DNA of 60,297 nt from an uncultured Eubacteriales bacterium. Its GTDB lineage: Bacteria > Bacillota > Clostridia > Christensenellales > UBA1242. Positions within the stretch are counted from its first letter, which is position 1. Every line of letters begins with the position of its first letter. The stretch lies in the NCBI GenBank assembly GCA_948512295.1, contig CAOQRA010000003.1, forward strand, positions 1 through 60,297, in the 5' to 3' direction. The notes below the pieces were generated by a model. The model saw nothing but the letters and a program-made list of their open reading frames with translations, made no database searches and was not told the DNA's origin. The translations under genes were made by a program, and so were the position numbers. Of the stretch, positions 17,289 through 26,505 are shown piece by piece.

Positions 17289-19244
17289 ATGAAAAAATTT
17301 GCTATTTATATATTTTTGAATTATAATAATGATATGAAAAGATTTGCAAGAGTCATGTGTGCCGTATTTGTCGCAATGTTTGTCCTGCTTGGTACGGGTT
17401 GTTCCAGTGGCAGTTCAAATTTCCACCAAAACCTTCTTGACCGCTTTCATAATGGCGAACTCACTTATGACCAGCTTCAAACTGAACTAGAGCGCGCTCA
17501 AACTGTGCCACTTTATGGCACAAAGGTTTTATATCGCCCAAACCACTACGACTATGATAATTCCGTGGGCGAAGGAAACGAAAGTTATTATGGACAATAC
17601 GCATGGAATATTCTATCTAACTTATCATACATATATGGATTTTCTGATTTTAATCGATTTAACCCAACGCCTCAAAAGCCTACAAATACAATACGCCCGC
17701 TTCTTATTGACAAAACACAAGAATACTACTACGACTCTATCCGCTATCAAGTCACAAACAAAACTACCACAAATAATTTAATAATTTACACACAAGATGA
17801 CAATGGAAGCGAAGAAATAGATGGAATATTATACTCAAAAAACGAATTTGAAGACATAATTAAAATGACCGCTAACACTTCTTTTTCATGGAATTGGACT
17901 TTTGGTAGCGAAGCGATTCCTTTAGGATTTATTCATGATATGACTTACAGTGTGTATTCAAAACCTAGCATCGCAAATAGCTTGATATCTAATGCCTACA
18001 TCGAAACTCCAATATCGAATTACTACTCAAACAACCAAACACCATACTCCACTGCTTATTTAGGGACGGCTGAGCAGACGGGAATTGACAGCTATTCTGA
18101 CTATGTCAAGGCGCTTGAATATGTCATTTACTGCATCACTATGGACTTGACACCATCAAACATCACGACAAGCCTTGCATCAGACGGCACGCCTATTATC
18201 AATGTTCAAGGTTTTGAAAATGTAGACGCGGCGCTTGAGTTTATCAAAGGCGTGTTTGACAAAATAGGCACTTATGTCGGGTTAAACTCATACAAAACTA
18301 ATCGACTTATAAGTTACATCTTAAACAATGTCATCGGACAAAATGCATTAAGTCATGACACGGTGCAATCCTATACCGCCAATACTTTAATAGAATATCG
18401 CGACGCTAATGGAAATGTCATTGATACGCAAGAGGAAGGCAAAACTCTTAATGAAACAATAACCGTTGGGCGCAATTATACTGCTGTAGTTTCCGCAATT
18501 ATAAATGACTCCTTTCAATACGTACACATAGGAAGCGACAGTGAAAATGACATCATCACCAACCGCTTCCCTGCCTCTGAAGTGATTGACTACTACGGTA
18601 ACAATTTCTTCATTGCAAGTGAAAAAGGCAAGGAATTTGAACATATTGGTGCCAATGAATATCAAAGCGCAGTGCTTATGCTTAGTGAAGAGCAAAAGCT
18701 GGACAACCTCATGGTTCATTTCAAATACGACGCTGGCGAGGACGGAGATGAAGTCTATGACAAAAACGCTTCAATCACAATCAATGTAAAAGTAAATTAC
18801 TATAAACACGGCGGCGAGTGGAAACAACTTAAAACACAGTCTATCACTGTTAAAGACGGTCCATTCAACTATGGAAAGGAAAGCAGCACGCTGTGCTTAT
18901 TCGGAATAGCCCCCGATAAAAAAGGATTTAAAATCGGCAAATTTAACCCTGAAGTCGGAGGCGGCATATTAAAATGCATGGTTGATTATGACGGAACAAC
19001 AGCAATCTCCGACCCCGTACGCCTTGTCGGCACCACCAAACTTAAAGACTGGTACAAACTTGTCGAGCCCGAGCCTACCGATGAACCTCAAAATGCATAT
19101 TACAGTTATGGAATACTCAATCATGAAAAATTCACTGGCTCAGACGGATGCGACTACTTTGAAATTGCCTTTGAGGTTGTAAAAACAACTGGCGACTATA
19201 ACACAAACTACAAATTCTACACTGGACTCGGTTTAGTAGCATAA
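17289..19244 (+). CDS. hypothetical secreted protein or lipoprotein (651 aa; alternative start 17334)
   Basis: From M16, MKRFARVMCAVFVAMFVLLGTGCSSG looks like a lipoprotein-type signal. Divergent from 15838..17220. Confidence 0.7.
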   Translation: MKKFAIYIFLNYNNDMKRFARVMCAVFVAMFVLLGTGCSSGSSNFHQNLLDRFHNGELTYDQLQTELERAQTVPLYGTKVLYRPNHYDYDNSVGEGNESYYGQYAWNILSNLSYIYGFSDFNRFNPTPQKPTNTIRPLLIDKTQEYYYDSIRYQVTNKTTTNNLIIYTQDDNGSEEIDGILYSKNEFEDIIKMTANTSFSWNWTFGSEAIPLGFIHDMTYSVYSKPSIANSLISNAYIETPISNYYSNNQTPYSTAYLGTAEQTGIDSYSDYVKALEYVIYCITMDLTPSNITTSLASDGTPIINVQGFENVDAALEFIKGVFDKIGTYVGLNSYKTNRLISYILNNVIGQNALSHDTVQSYTANTLIEYRDANGNVIDTQEEGKTLNETITVGRNYTAVVSAIINDSFQYVHIGSDSENDIITNRFPASEVIDYYGNNFFIASEKGKEFEHIGANEYQSAVLMLSEEQKLDNLMVHFKYDAGEDGDEVYDKNASITINVKVNYYKHGGEWKQLKTQSITVKDGPFNYGKESSTLCLFGIAPDKKGFKIGKFNPEVGGGILKCMVDYDGTTAISDPVRLVGTTKLKDWYKLVEPEPTDEPQNAYYSYGILNHEKFTGSDGCDYFEIAFEVVKTTGDYNTNYKFYTGLGLVA

Positions 19245-19261
19245 AGACAGTTTAATTTGAC

Positions 19262-19294
19262 AAAAAACGAAGAGGCGTTGCCTCTTCGTTTTTA
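19262..19294. terminator. bidirectional intrinsic terminator
   Basis: AAAAAACGAAGAGGC-GTT-GCCTCTTCGTTTTT lies between convergent genes (651-aa ORF and holin). Confidence 0.8.
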
Positions 19295-19582
19295 TTTTGT
19301 TTCTTTTTCTGCATTTTGACTTTCTTTCATGTGGTTTGTATCTTCTTGTTCTTGAGTCTGATTACTCTCCTCTGAAGTCTGATCTTGTTTATCACTACTT
19401 TCACCTTTTGGCATTGTTACAACCCCCAGTACAACCAGCAAACCCGCTACTGCCATTACAACGCCAGTAACAATTTCATTATCCACCGAAAATCCAAAAC
19501 ACTTGCCAAGAGCTTCCATTAATACAACCGCCGCCCCTGCAAGCGCAGTCCAAAAACTATATGACTTTATTCTGTTTTTCAT
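19292..19582 (-). CDS. phage holin, phi-LC3/Phage_holin_1-like (96 aa)
   Basis: SYSFWTALAGAAVVLMEALGKCFGF...VTGVVMAVAGLLVVLGVV gives two TM segments plus a charged acidic tail. RBS AAAGGAG. Family call is from recalled signature. Confidence 0.65.
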   Translation of the reverse strand: MKNRIKSYSFWTALAGAAVVLMEALGKCFGFSVDNEIVTGVVMAVAGLLVVLGVVTMPKGESSDKQDQTSEESNQTQEQEDTNHMKESQNAEKETK

Positions 19583-19799
19583 GTATTTGCTCCTTTAAAA
19601 TATGTTCTTTAAGTTCAGTGACTTCCTCTTTGACATCCTCAATTACTTGAAGCCTTTCTGTCAAGTTTTCAATGGTGTCTTGATATGCTTTTTCACGTTT
19701 TGAACTATCTTTAAGTTGGTAGAAAAATAGGAACACGAAAAGCGTAGCAAATATACCATTACTGATTACTACGCTGACAAGCTCATTCCAAAAATCCAT
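19557..19799 (-). CDS. BhlA/UviB-family holin-like protein (80 aa)
   Basis: One N-terminal TM (NGIFATLFVFLFFYQLKDSSKRE) followed by a coiled-coil tail, matching the recalled BhlA/UviB pattern. Confidence 0.65.
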   Translation of the reverse strand: MDFWNELVSVVISNGIFATLFVFLFFYQLKDSSKREKAYQDTIENLTERLQVIEDVKEEVTELKEHILKEQIHEKQNKVI

Positions 19800-19907
19800 T
19801 TCCCTTACCCCTCAATTCTTCGCTTATAAAAATATGTTTCATAGCTTTCTCCTCTTGATATAACTTTTTTCTAGCAAGGTATGAGATATGGTTTAAGTTG
19901 AAAATTA

Positions 19908-21386
19908 TCATTGTTCACTCATTGATAAATTAAAGTTGGATATGCTCCCATTTCCATTACTTTCTATAGTAACTTTAAACTTTTCCCCTGCAAGTCCACA
20001 ACGAAAAGTCTGCTGTTTTTGCTGAGGCTCAACTGCAAATACTCTTTGCTCTTTTTCAGTCGCTATAGTAATATTGAACTTTCCAGTTGCAAAACAAGAA
20101 AACTCTTCCAGTTTTTTAACACGATTACTCATTCCGAAATCACTCATGGGACTTTCCCACACGCTATATGGTTTTTCACCAAAAATATTACCATCAGTGA
20201 CAAGTTCCCCCATGCGCCCTATGTGCTGATTATTAAAGCACATTACCACTTTACATTTATAAGGATTATTAAGAGCAATGATTTTTTTTACGTCTACACC
20301 GCGTAAAAAATCCACACTGCCATTTTCTATGTTATATACCATAATTGCATTGTTTATATATCCATTTTCATAACTTTCACAGCCAATTTTCTGCTGGTCG
20401 CCAAAGTCAACCCGACAAGCAAGATAATATTTACTTTCGAAACATACTGCACTTAGATTACGGCCGTCTGAAATCACTTCACGACAATTTAATTTCAGTT
20501 TTTTGACATTGACTCCATCAAAACGATAGAAGCCATCTGTAGTCAAAAAGTAAACATTCTCTCCATCGGAAGCGATGGAGCCTGGATAAATATAACTGCT
20601 GGATTGAAACATATGATTGATATTAAATTCCCCAGAAGACGCATAAGTTGATATTCGTGTAATACCAAAATCTCGAAAAACATACAAGTAGTCATTAAAA
20701 GACATTACGACCGACGGATTTCCTCGATCATCGGTAAATTCTATATGCTGAGTGGTGTTATTCTTCCACTCTAAAAGATTTTTATTGTCAGAATATACAA
20801 GCTTAGGACGCGCAGTGGCAGTAAGTGCATAAAGCATGTCATCATGACTGCAGCAAGACATGAGTTTTGGCGCATCAGAAAGATAAGTATTATAGCCTGC
20901 TCCAAAAACAAAAACATCGCCATCTGCTGCTGAAAAAAGCATGTAGTCAGAACCATTTATACGATAGCTCATTCCAATTGGTGTGGAGGTGTATTCTGTT
21001 TTTCTGACAAGTCTTATTGGTCTTGTCCAAAACATATTTTCATATCCCAATGTGGCTTCATCATTGAAATAAAATAGATAGTACTCAATCACATTGCCTG
21101 TTTCATTGAACCATGCAAAATTCCATATATTTAATATTTCACTGCCTGCATACTCTACTACTACTTCATTGTCTAAATCAGTAGTGCTGGTAGGCATTTG
21201 TAAGTCGCGCACGCCATAACCACAGGAAAGCATGTTACCTTTGTTTCGAAAATTGTAACAACGAACACAATCGTGATATTCAAGTTCTTCCTCATTTTTA
21301 CTGCGAACTTGACATTTTTCAAATAGGTCAAATTTAAAAAGCTTTTTATTTCTCTTAAAAGAGTTTAACTTTTTAGGATAAAACAT
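19908..21386 (-). CDS. phage structural protein, tail-hub/nozzle-like by position (492 aa)
   Basis: Start set to ATG 21386 (AGGAGG plus 8 nt), which shares one nucleotide with the upstream stop (TAATG). Beta-rich with recurring aromatic-Gly strands (YFLTTDGFYRFDG, YMLFSAADGDVFVFG). The call rests on synteny and size only. Confidence 0.45.
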   Translation of the reverse strand: MFYPKKLNSFKRNKKLFKFDLFEKCQVRSKNEEELEYHDCVRCYNFRNKGNMLSCGYGVRDLQMPTSTTDLDNEVVVEYAGSEILNIWNFAWFNETGNVIEYYLFYFNDEATLGYENMFWTRPIRLVRKTEYTSTPIGMSYRINGSDYMLFSAADGDVFVFGAGYNTYLSDAPKLMSCCSHDDMLYALTATARPKLVYSDNKNLLEWKNNTTQHIEFTDDRGNPSVVMSFNDYLYVFRDFGITRISTYASSGEFNINHMFQSSSYIYPGSIASDGENVYFLTTDGFYRFDGVNVKKLKLNCREVISDGRNLSAVCFESKYYLACRVDFGDQQKIGCESYENGYINNAIMVYNIENGSVDFLRGVDVKKIIALNNPYKCKVVMCFNNQHIGRMGELVTDGNIFGEKPYSVWESPMSDFGMSNRVKKLEEFSCFATGKFNITIATEKEQRVFAVEPQQKQQTFRCGLAGEKFKVTIESNGNGSISNFNLSMSEQ

Positions 21387-21940
21387 TATAACCACCTCCT
21401 CCTAGGCAGGCGCACGGCAGTCTTTTTGCTTATAAACAGCTTTAAGCTTTCTTTAAATCGGTTTTCATAAATGTCCGCATCTGCCCCCTGTCCCTGAAGC
21501 AGAAAATACTCTCTTGCAACTCCATAAGCTATAACTCTTGCAGGTATCATTAAGTCAATATCACTAACTAAAGTGGCAGCTTCGGGCGAATAAGAATATA
21601 TTATCTTGGCTTTGTCAGCAAACACCAAAATGTATTTATCAAAGATTTTATATCTTATCTTGCGTCCTTTAGTATTCTTTACAGAAAAGATATTTAACGG
21701 TTTTTTAGAAAATTGATCGAATGTAAGTTTCAAATTATTTACCTCTAAAATTTCCTCCGTGGTTACAGGCGAATATTGTTCGCATATTTCGCCGATAACA
21801 AGATTTAGACAATTTAAATAACTATCAGCGACCTTGCTTTCTGCCGTTGTAAGACTGGATATGTCCGTGCTGTTTAGCTTTTCACGGAGAGGATTTTGTG
21901 TAAAGTCACAAGCAAGTCTTAAAATTTCATAGCTTTTCAT
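21386..21940 (-). CDS. phage head-tail adaptor-like protein by position (184 aa)
   Basis: Translationally coupled on both sides. Basic C-terminus RLPRRRWL. No motif recognised. Confidence 0.4.
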   Translation of the reverse strand: MKSYEILRLACDFTQNPLREKLNSTDISSLTTAESKVADSYLNCLNLVIGEICEQYSPVTTEEILEVNNLKLTFDQFSKKPLNIFSVKNTKGRKIRYKIFDKYILVFADKAKIIYSYSPEAATLVSDIDLMIPARVIAYGVAREYFLLQGQGADADIYENRFKESLKLFISKKTAVRLPRRRWL

Positions 21941-22251
21941 AATATTTCCTCCACAACTTTTTCTACTGCAGAATGCAGTTGTTTTTTTTGCAACTTATCA
22001 TTTTCTGCATCCATTTGTTTTATAATTTCATCCATTTTCTCTTTGCGAGTTTTAAGCGCGTAAAAGATGGCACGCTCGTCTAAAACGTCATCTTTTACGC
22101 TGAAACAAAATGACCCACCAAACTGCTGCGTTGAATGCACTTCATAACGTTTTTCTTTTAAATTAAAAAGTATAAAATAACTTTTGTCCACTTCTTTCAA
22201 TCTTTGAGCAATAAAAAGTGGATCATTTTCTATTAAACAATAATTCTTCAC
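21937..22251 (-). CDS. phage hypothetical protein (104 aa, GTG start)
   Basis: GTG preceded by AAAGGAG plus 7 nt. Lies directly after the capsid gene. Confidence 0.5.
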   Translation of the reverse strand: MKNYCLIENDPLFIAQRLKEVDKSYFILFNLKEKRYEVHSTQQFGGSFCFSVKDDVLDERAIFYALKTRKEKMDEIIKQMDAENDKLQKKQLHSAVEKVVEEIL

Positions 22252-22271
22252 ACTTAAAACTCCTTTTGAAA

Positions 22272-23480
22272 CTATGCACCAGTTGTAGTAGGAATATATG
22301 TTTTATATGGATCTTCTACTGTAAACTTAACATTAGAAATTTTTCCTTGACCAAATGGTTTGTCGCAAATAAGTTCAGCATATTTAACAAGTGTTGCGCT
22401 ATAAGTAGGATAACCTGCATTTTGTCTTAACACTCTGCCGCCCTCATCTTCAATCCACTTCCAATCGCAAAGTTCATATAGTGTAAAGTCATCAGTATTG
22501 AGAAGATACATGCTGCTAGGCTCTACAAATCTGTCAGCGTATACAGGTATTCCGTTATGACTAATGGTTTTAGCCCCATTTGCAAGTTCTACAATATCTA
22601 CATTCTTACGATAGATATTTAAATATTGCTGATAAGCACGACGAATTTGACGAGAGGTTGAAATAAAGTTGATAGAAGAATCAGCATTTTCCTCTAAAAA
22701 GTCGATGGCACTTTGAATACGTATATCAGAAATTTCACTTTCAGCATTGTCATGGAAAGAATTAAGCCAGTTGTAGTCTGCTTTATTTAAACCATACAAA
22801 GTAGTACCACTAAACAATGCTTCAATACCTGTAAGTTCATTGTCTTTTGAACCTTGAACATAAAGCTTAGCATTTGCAGTTATAGATGTGGTAAAATCAG
22901 AAGTATCATATTTAATTGTGTTATTGACTCTGTCAACTGAAACAACTTTCATAGGTCCTTTACCAAGTCTTGAACCAGTGATATATGGAGTAAGCATCAT
23001 GCCTTCCACAATGTTACGTACACTATCTACAGTAAGCGTTTTATCAGAAGCAACTGATTGTACAGTAGCAACAAGCCCCTCACCATCTCCATAAAGCATA
23101 CGGCTTAAATTGAAACTGCAAGCTTTTACAAGTGATTCCATTTCGTCTGCAAGAAGGTTGACAAAAGCTCCCACATTGCTTGCAGAAGCACGAACTGCCT
23201 TGTCAGAAATTTCAAATTTACCATATAGGTTTTTAAGGCTTGCACGCATTTGTGCATAATGACTATTACCAGCAACAGGAAGTGCATCCGTTTCGGTGCC
23301 AGCACCAAAGCCGCCATTTATTCCAAATGGAGCAGCTTTAACAATTTCTTTTCCGAAAATATCCTTACTAGAACGTTTAATTTTAGCTAAAAGTGGGCTT
23401 GCTGAAACGTTAATTTGATCAGCAACGACTCCTAAATAAACACTTTTAAGGGCATTTTCAGCGGTTTGTAATGTAACCAT
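22272..23480 (-). CDS. phage major capsid protein (HK97-fold type, 402 aa)
   Basis: The N-terminal AENALKSVYLGVVADQIN...SPLLAKIKR...NLYGKFEISDKAVRAS...LYGDGEG matches the recalled pattern of major capsid proteins of Firmicutes phages. Follows the portal and scaffold genes. Confidence 0.8.
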   Translation of the reverse strand: MVTLQTAENALKSVYLGVVADQINVSASPLLAKIKRSSKDIFGKEIVKAAPFGINGGFGAGTETDALPVAGNSHYAQMRASLKNLYGKFEISDKAVRASASNVGAFVNLLADEMESLVKACSFNLSRMLYGDGEGLVATVQSVASDKTLTVDSVRNIVEGMMLTPYITGSRLGKGPMKVVSVDRVNNTIKYDTSDFTTSITANAKLYVQGSKDNELTGIEALFSGTTLYGLNKADYNWLNSFHDNAESEISDIRIQSAIDFLEENADSSINFISTSRQIRRAYQQYLNIYRKNVDIVELANGAKTISHNGIPVYADRFVEPSSMYLLNTDDFTLYELCDWKWIEDEGGRVLRQNAGYPTYSATLVKYAELICDKPFGQGKISNVKFTVEDPYKTYIPTTTGA

Positions 23481-23494
23481 AATTTTCTCCTTTT

Positions 23495-24136
23495 TTAACT
23501 AAACATTTTTTCCACCAACGATTTCGCTTCTTTAAGGGAAGTTGGAGTGTCAGGCTTGCTGCTTGACACTCTTTCACCCTTTTGCGAAGAAATGATGATT
23601 GGTGATTTTTGCTCTTTGAGCGCATCAAGATAACTTTCAACTATCTTGTTTTTAATCTCCTCGCTAGAAACAAGGTATCGATTAATAATAGGATCATCCA
23701 CTTTTTTGGTGTGCATGTGCGATAGTACTAATTGCGCCCATGCTGCCTCATACGGATTATCCATTTTTTGCAGCTCATTATTGGAACTTACAATATTTTC
23801 AAGCTCCCCTTTAAACTGCATAGCTTCTTCATTTTTCAAAAGGAATTGATTAAGCTGCTCGCTGAAGTTGCGAGGAGCCACCTCAACTTTATCTTTTTCC
23901 AGTTGACTAAGCTTTTGACACTTTTTTGTAAACTCGGCTTCCAAATTGTTATAGGCGTCAATAAGCGCCTGTGCAGATTTGAATTTGCCAAACGTTTGCT
24001 CTTCGGGATTTTCATCTTGTCGAATTAAAGTATCGGGTAGAGAGCCATTCTCACTCACAGCACACTCATTCTTCGTTTCAATAGAAACATTTGCCGGTTC
24101 CTCTAATGGTTGTTCTCTAAATTCTTCTTCGTTCAT
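23495..24136 (-). CDS. phage scaffolding-like protein (213 aa)
   Basis: Acidic, helical and low-complexity; contains FKSAQALIDAYNNLEAEFTKK. Sits between portal and capsid, with an ATGA overlap to the portal stop. Confidence 0.65.
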   Translation of the reverse strand: MNEEEFREQPLEEPANVSIETKNECAVSENGSLPDTLIRQDENPEEQTFGKFKSAQALIDAYNNLEAEFTKKCQKLSQLEKDKVEVAPRNFSEQLNQFLLKNEEAMQFKGELENIVSSNNELQKMDNPYEAAWAQLVLSHMHTKKVDDPIINRYLVSSEEIKNKIVESYLDALKEQKSPIIISSQKGERVSSSKPDTPTSLKEAKSLVEKMFS

Positions 24137-25986
24137 ACTTTCACCTCACTCAAAGTTTTTTTATGTTGATTTATATGTTCCAAAAATACATCCTCTAATT
24201 TTACATTGTTTTTAAGAGCTTTCTCATACTCGCCACCAAGCATAAAGGAAATATGCTCCGCAATATGAAGTTCAGCGTCATCAATAGGGCTGACTTTAAC
24301 GACAACTCCATCCAGCATTTTAAGATTTTCATTGTCAGCACGTTTTATATGAAGCTCGGAAATATCTTGAGCATTTTCCCAATTTCCAAAGCCAAGCATT
24401 TCAAGCACTTTATTTTTCATACGCGAGGAAAGTTTCCCCTCTTCGTCATGAAGCACGCCCGCTTTAAGTAAACTAAAAACCATTTCTCGACGGCCTGTTA
24501 AGCTGTCAGACAGTTCTGATTGAACATCAATGACCACGTCGTCACTTGAAATATCGTTGGAGGAAAAGTAAAACATTTCAACTTGTCCATTGTCGCCAAT
24601 AAGTCTTGCTAGACGAGGGAAAAGTGCATATTGCTTATATAGCCTTAATATTCGCTTAGCAATGTTAATACAAGCACTGCGAATACTTTCTATTGTGGTG
24701 TTTAATCTGGCTTCATCTTGACCTATCATAAGTTCAAGCGCCGCACCACTCATGTTTGCGTTTACATAATCTGTACCAAGAGTTTCACTGACTCCGCTTA
24801 TTCTATTAAATTCATCAAGAAGTTTGCTCTCTTCATCGGCAAAACCAGATGGAATTGCTTCTCCTGACAAGAATTTAGGCTGCTGTGCACCTTGGCGATA
24901 GACAATGACTTTGCCAGGACATAAGCCCTCCTCTTCTAAATTTTCAAGGTCAACTGAGCCATCTTCTATGCTGAGTACTCCTAAGGTTAAACGATTGATA
25001 AATTCATGTTTGCGATTTTTAACAGCATTGTAGGCACGCTGTACTGGCACTAATCTTTCAATCACACTGCTTCCCCAAAAACAGCCCGCTTGCTCCAAAC
25101 TAACTTGTCTAATAAACGGGAAATCGCGCTTTTTATCATCGCCACATAAATAAGGCAGTTCATCATCGTAAACAAGTACATCGCCTACTACAATAATCAA
25201 CCTACCTTTTGGAAAGGAAGCACAAGGCCGAACATATTTTTCTAGCACAAGCGCACTATTTGTCTTAGTGCCCTCTACAAATTTAGTAGTGGTAGCATTA
25301 TAGCCAAGCCCTCCTAGGCCATTTAAAACATTGTCAAGACTGTAACAATTAATATCCTGACCTTTTAAATCAAGGCCGTACATGGTTCTAACTTCTTCTA
25401 TAGAATATGCCCTAGCATGAATAATGCTTTGGCAATCGTTTAAGCTTTCTCTTGTTGGCGAATCAGGATATATTTCAAAAGGGCTAATCGCTTCGACCTC
25501 AACTTCACCACTGCGGATAGAATTGCCCTCCTCACTGTTTGCAATTACTTGACCAAGCTTCCCATTCCAAGTTACTTTATAAAAGCTTGTCCCAGTAACT
25601 TCACTCCATTTTATTGCTTGATTGATTTTCTCGTCGATACAAAGCTTATAATGTACAGATTCCAAAATCTTTTTGGATACTTTGGCAGTTTGCTTATCAC
25701 TTTCATCATTAGTCGCAGGCACGACAGTAAACTTTGGCTTTGACCCCGTCAGTTTGGCCGTTCGCACATCATAAAGCGGAGCGATATGATTAAACACTTC
25801 CCTCTCCTGCCAAAAGAACTGTTTGTCCGCCTCCTCGACAAGCCCGCCATAGCCCACATTGCAATATTGGTTTCCCATTAAAAAGTTCATATTGATTTGC
25901 CAATTAGTTTCAAAGGGCTTGCGCTCAAGTTGTCGTCTTTTAAAATCTTCAATTACTTCATTTACTACTGTTTTATTGTTTTTCAT
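24133..25986 (-). CDS. phage portal protein (617 aa)
   Basis: Size, the N-terminal ...PFETNWQINMNFLMGNQY pattern and the position ahead of scaffold and capsid. Confidence 0.75.
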   Translation of the reverse strand: MKNNKTVVNEVIEDFKRRQLERKPFETNWQINMNFLMGNQYCNVGYGGLVEEADKQFFWQEREVFNHIAPLYDVRTAKLTGSKPKFTVVPATNDESDKQTAKVSKKILESVHYKLCIDEKINQAIKWSEVTGTSFYKVTWNGKLGQVIANSEEGNSIRSGEVEVEAISPFEIYPDSPTRESLNDCQSIIHARAYSIEEVRTMYGLDLKGQDINCYSLDNVLNGLGGLGYNATTTKFVEGTKTNSALVLEKYVRPCASFPKGRLIIVVGDVLVYDDELPYLCGDDKKRDFPFIRQVSLEQAGCFWGSSVIERLVPVQRAYNAVKNRKHEFINRLTLGVLSIEDGSVDLENLEEEGLCPGKVIVYRQGAQQPKFLSGEAIPSGFADEESKLLDEFNRISGVSETLGTDYVNANMSGAALELMIGQDEARLNTTIESIRSACINIAKRILRLYKQYALFPRLARLIGDNGQVEMFYFSSNDISSDDVVIDVQSELSDSLTGRREMVFSLLKAGVLHDEEGKLSSRMKNKVLEMLGFGNWENAQDISELHIKRADNENLKMLDGVVVKVSPIDDAELHIAEHISFMLGGEYEKALKNNVKLEDVFLEHINQHKKTLSEVKV

Positions 25987-26197
25987 CTTTTTTCAACCTC
26001 TTATTTAGTTTAAACGGGCTTGCTACCGCCTTTGGCACTTTAATTTTCTTCGCCGCATCATAAAGTTCGTTTACGCACTCTTCACAAAGACATATGTCGC
26101 GCCTAAGAAGCCCTTTCTTTACAAAAGTGAACCTTGCGACATTTCGACAACCTGCAAAGTCGCACTTAACTTTGTGAGAACACTCATATACTTCCAT
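25973..26197 (-). CDS. small zinc-ribbon protein (74 aa)
   Basis: CSHKVKC...C...CLCEEC cysteine pairs and a basic tail. Overlaps both neighbours by 14 nt. Occupies the slot where a large terminase would normally be. Confidence 0.6.
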   Translation of the reverse strand: MEVYECSHKVKCDFAGCRNVARFTFVKKGLLRRDICLCEECVNELYDAAKKIKVPKAVASPFKLNKRLKKDEKQ

Positions 26198-26480
26198 CCT
26201 CTTCCTCCTTTAAAATATTTAATAGTCGTGCTCGCTCAGCTTGAAGTTCTTCGTCAGACATGTTACGAATTTGTTCTGCTAAATCACCTCCCGAAAACTT
26301 TTCAAAAAGCACTCGCATCGCCGTGATGTCTGGGCTAACATGTTTTTTGGTCACTTTCTTTTTGGTAAGCTTCGCCTGACCATTCTCATCAAGAGCATAC
26401 TCCATCACCACTTCTTGAGTGTCATAACCAAGAGCTTTTTTCATGAGTGCCTTTTTAAGCTTTTCTTCTTCATCTAGCAT
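26184..26480 (-). CDS. terminase small-subunit-like fragment (98 aa, no N-terminal HTH)
   Basis: KKALGYDTQEVVMEY..DENG....KKKVTKKHVSPDITAMRVL resembles the central segment of Terminase_2-type TerS proteins (recalled pattern). First gene of the operon, RBS GGGAGGAAGG. Confidence 0.4.
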   Translation of the reverse strand: MLDEEEKLKKALMKKALGYDTQEVVMEYALDENGQAKLTKKKVTKKHVSPDITAMRVLFEKFSGGDLAEQIRNMSDEELQAERARLLNILKEEEDGSI

Positions 26481-26505
26481 TGCCTTCCTCCCACGCTTTG
26501 CCTAG

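Noticed and set aside
19783-19842. 19-codon uORF (MKHIFISEELRGKGNGFLE) with a strong RBS (AAGAGGAGAA) overlapping the start of the BhlA-like gene.
   Set aside because: It is too short to support as a gene from sequence alone. It is mentioned under the holin finding as a possible leader peptide.
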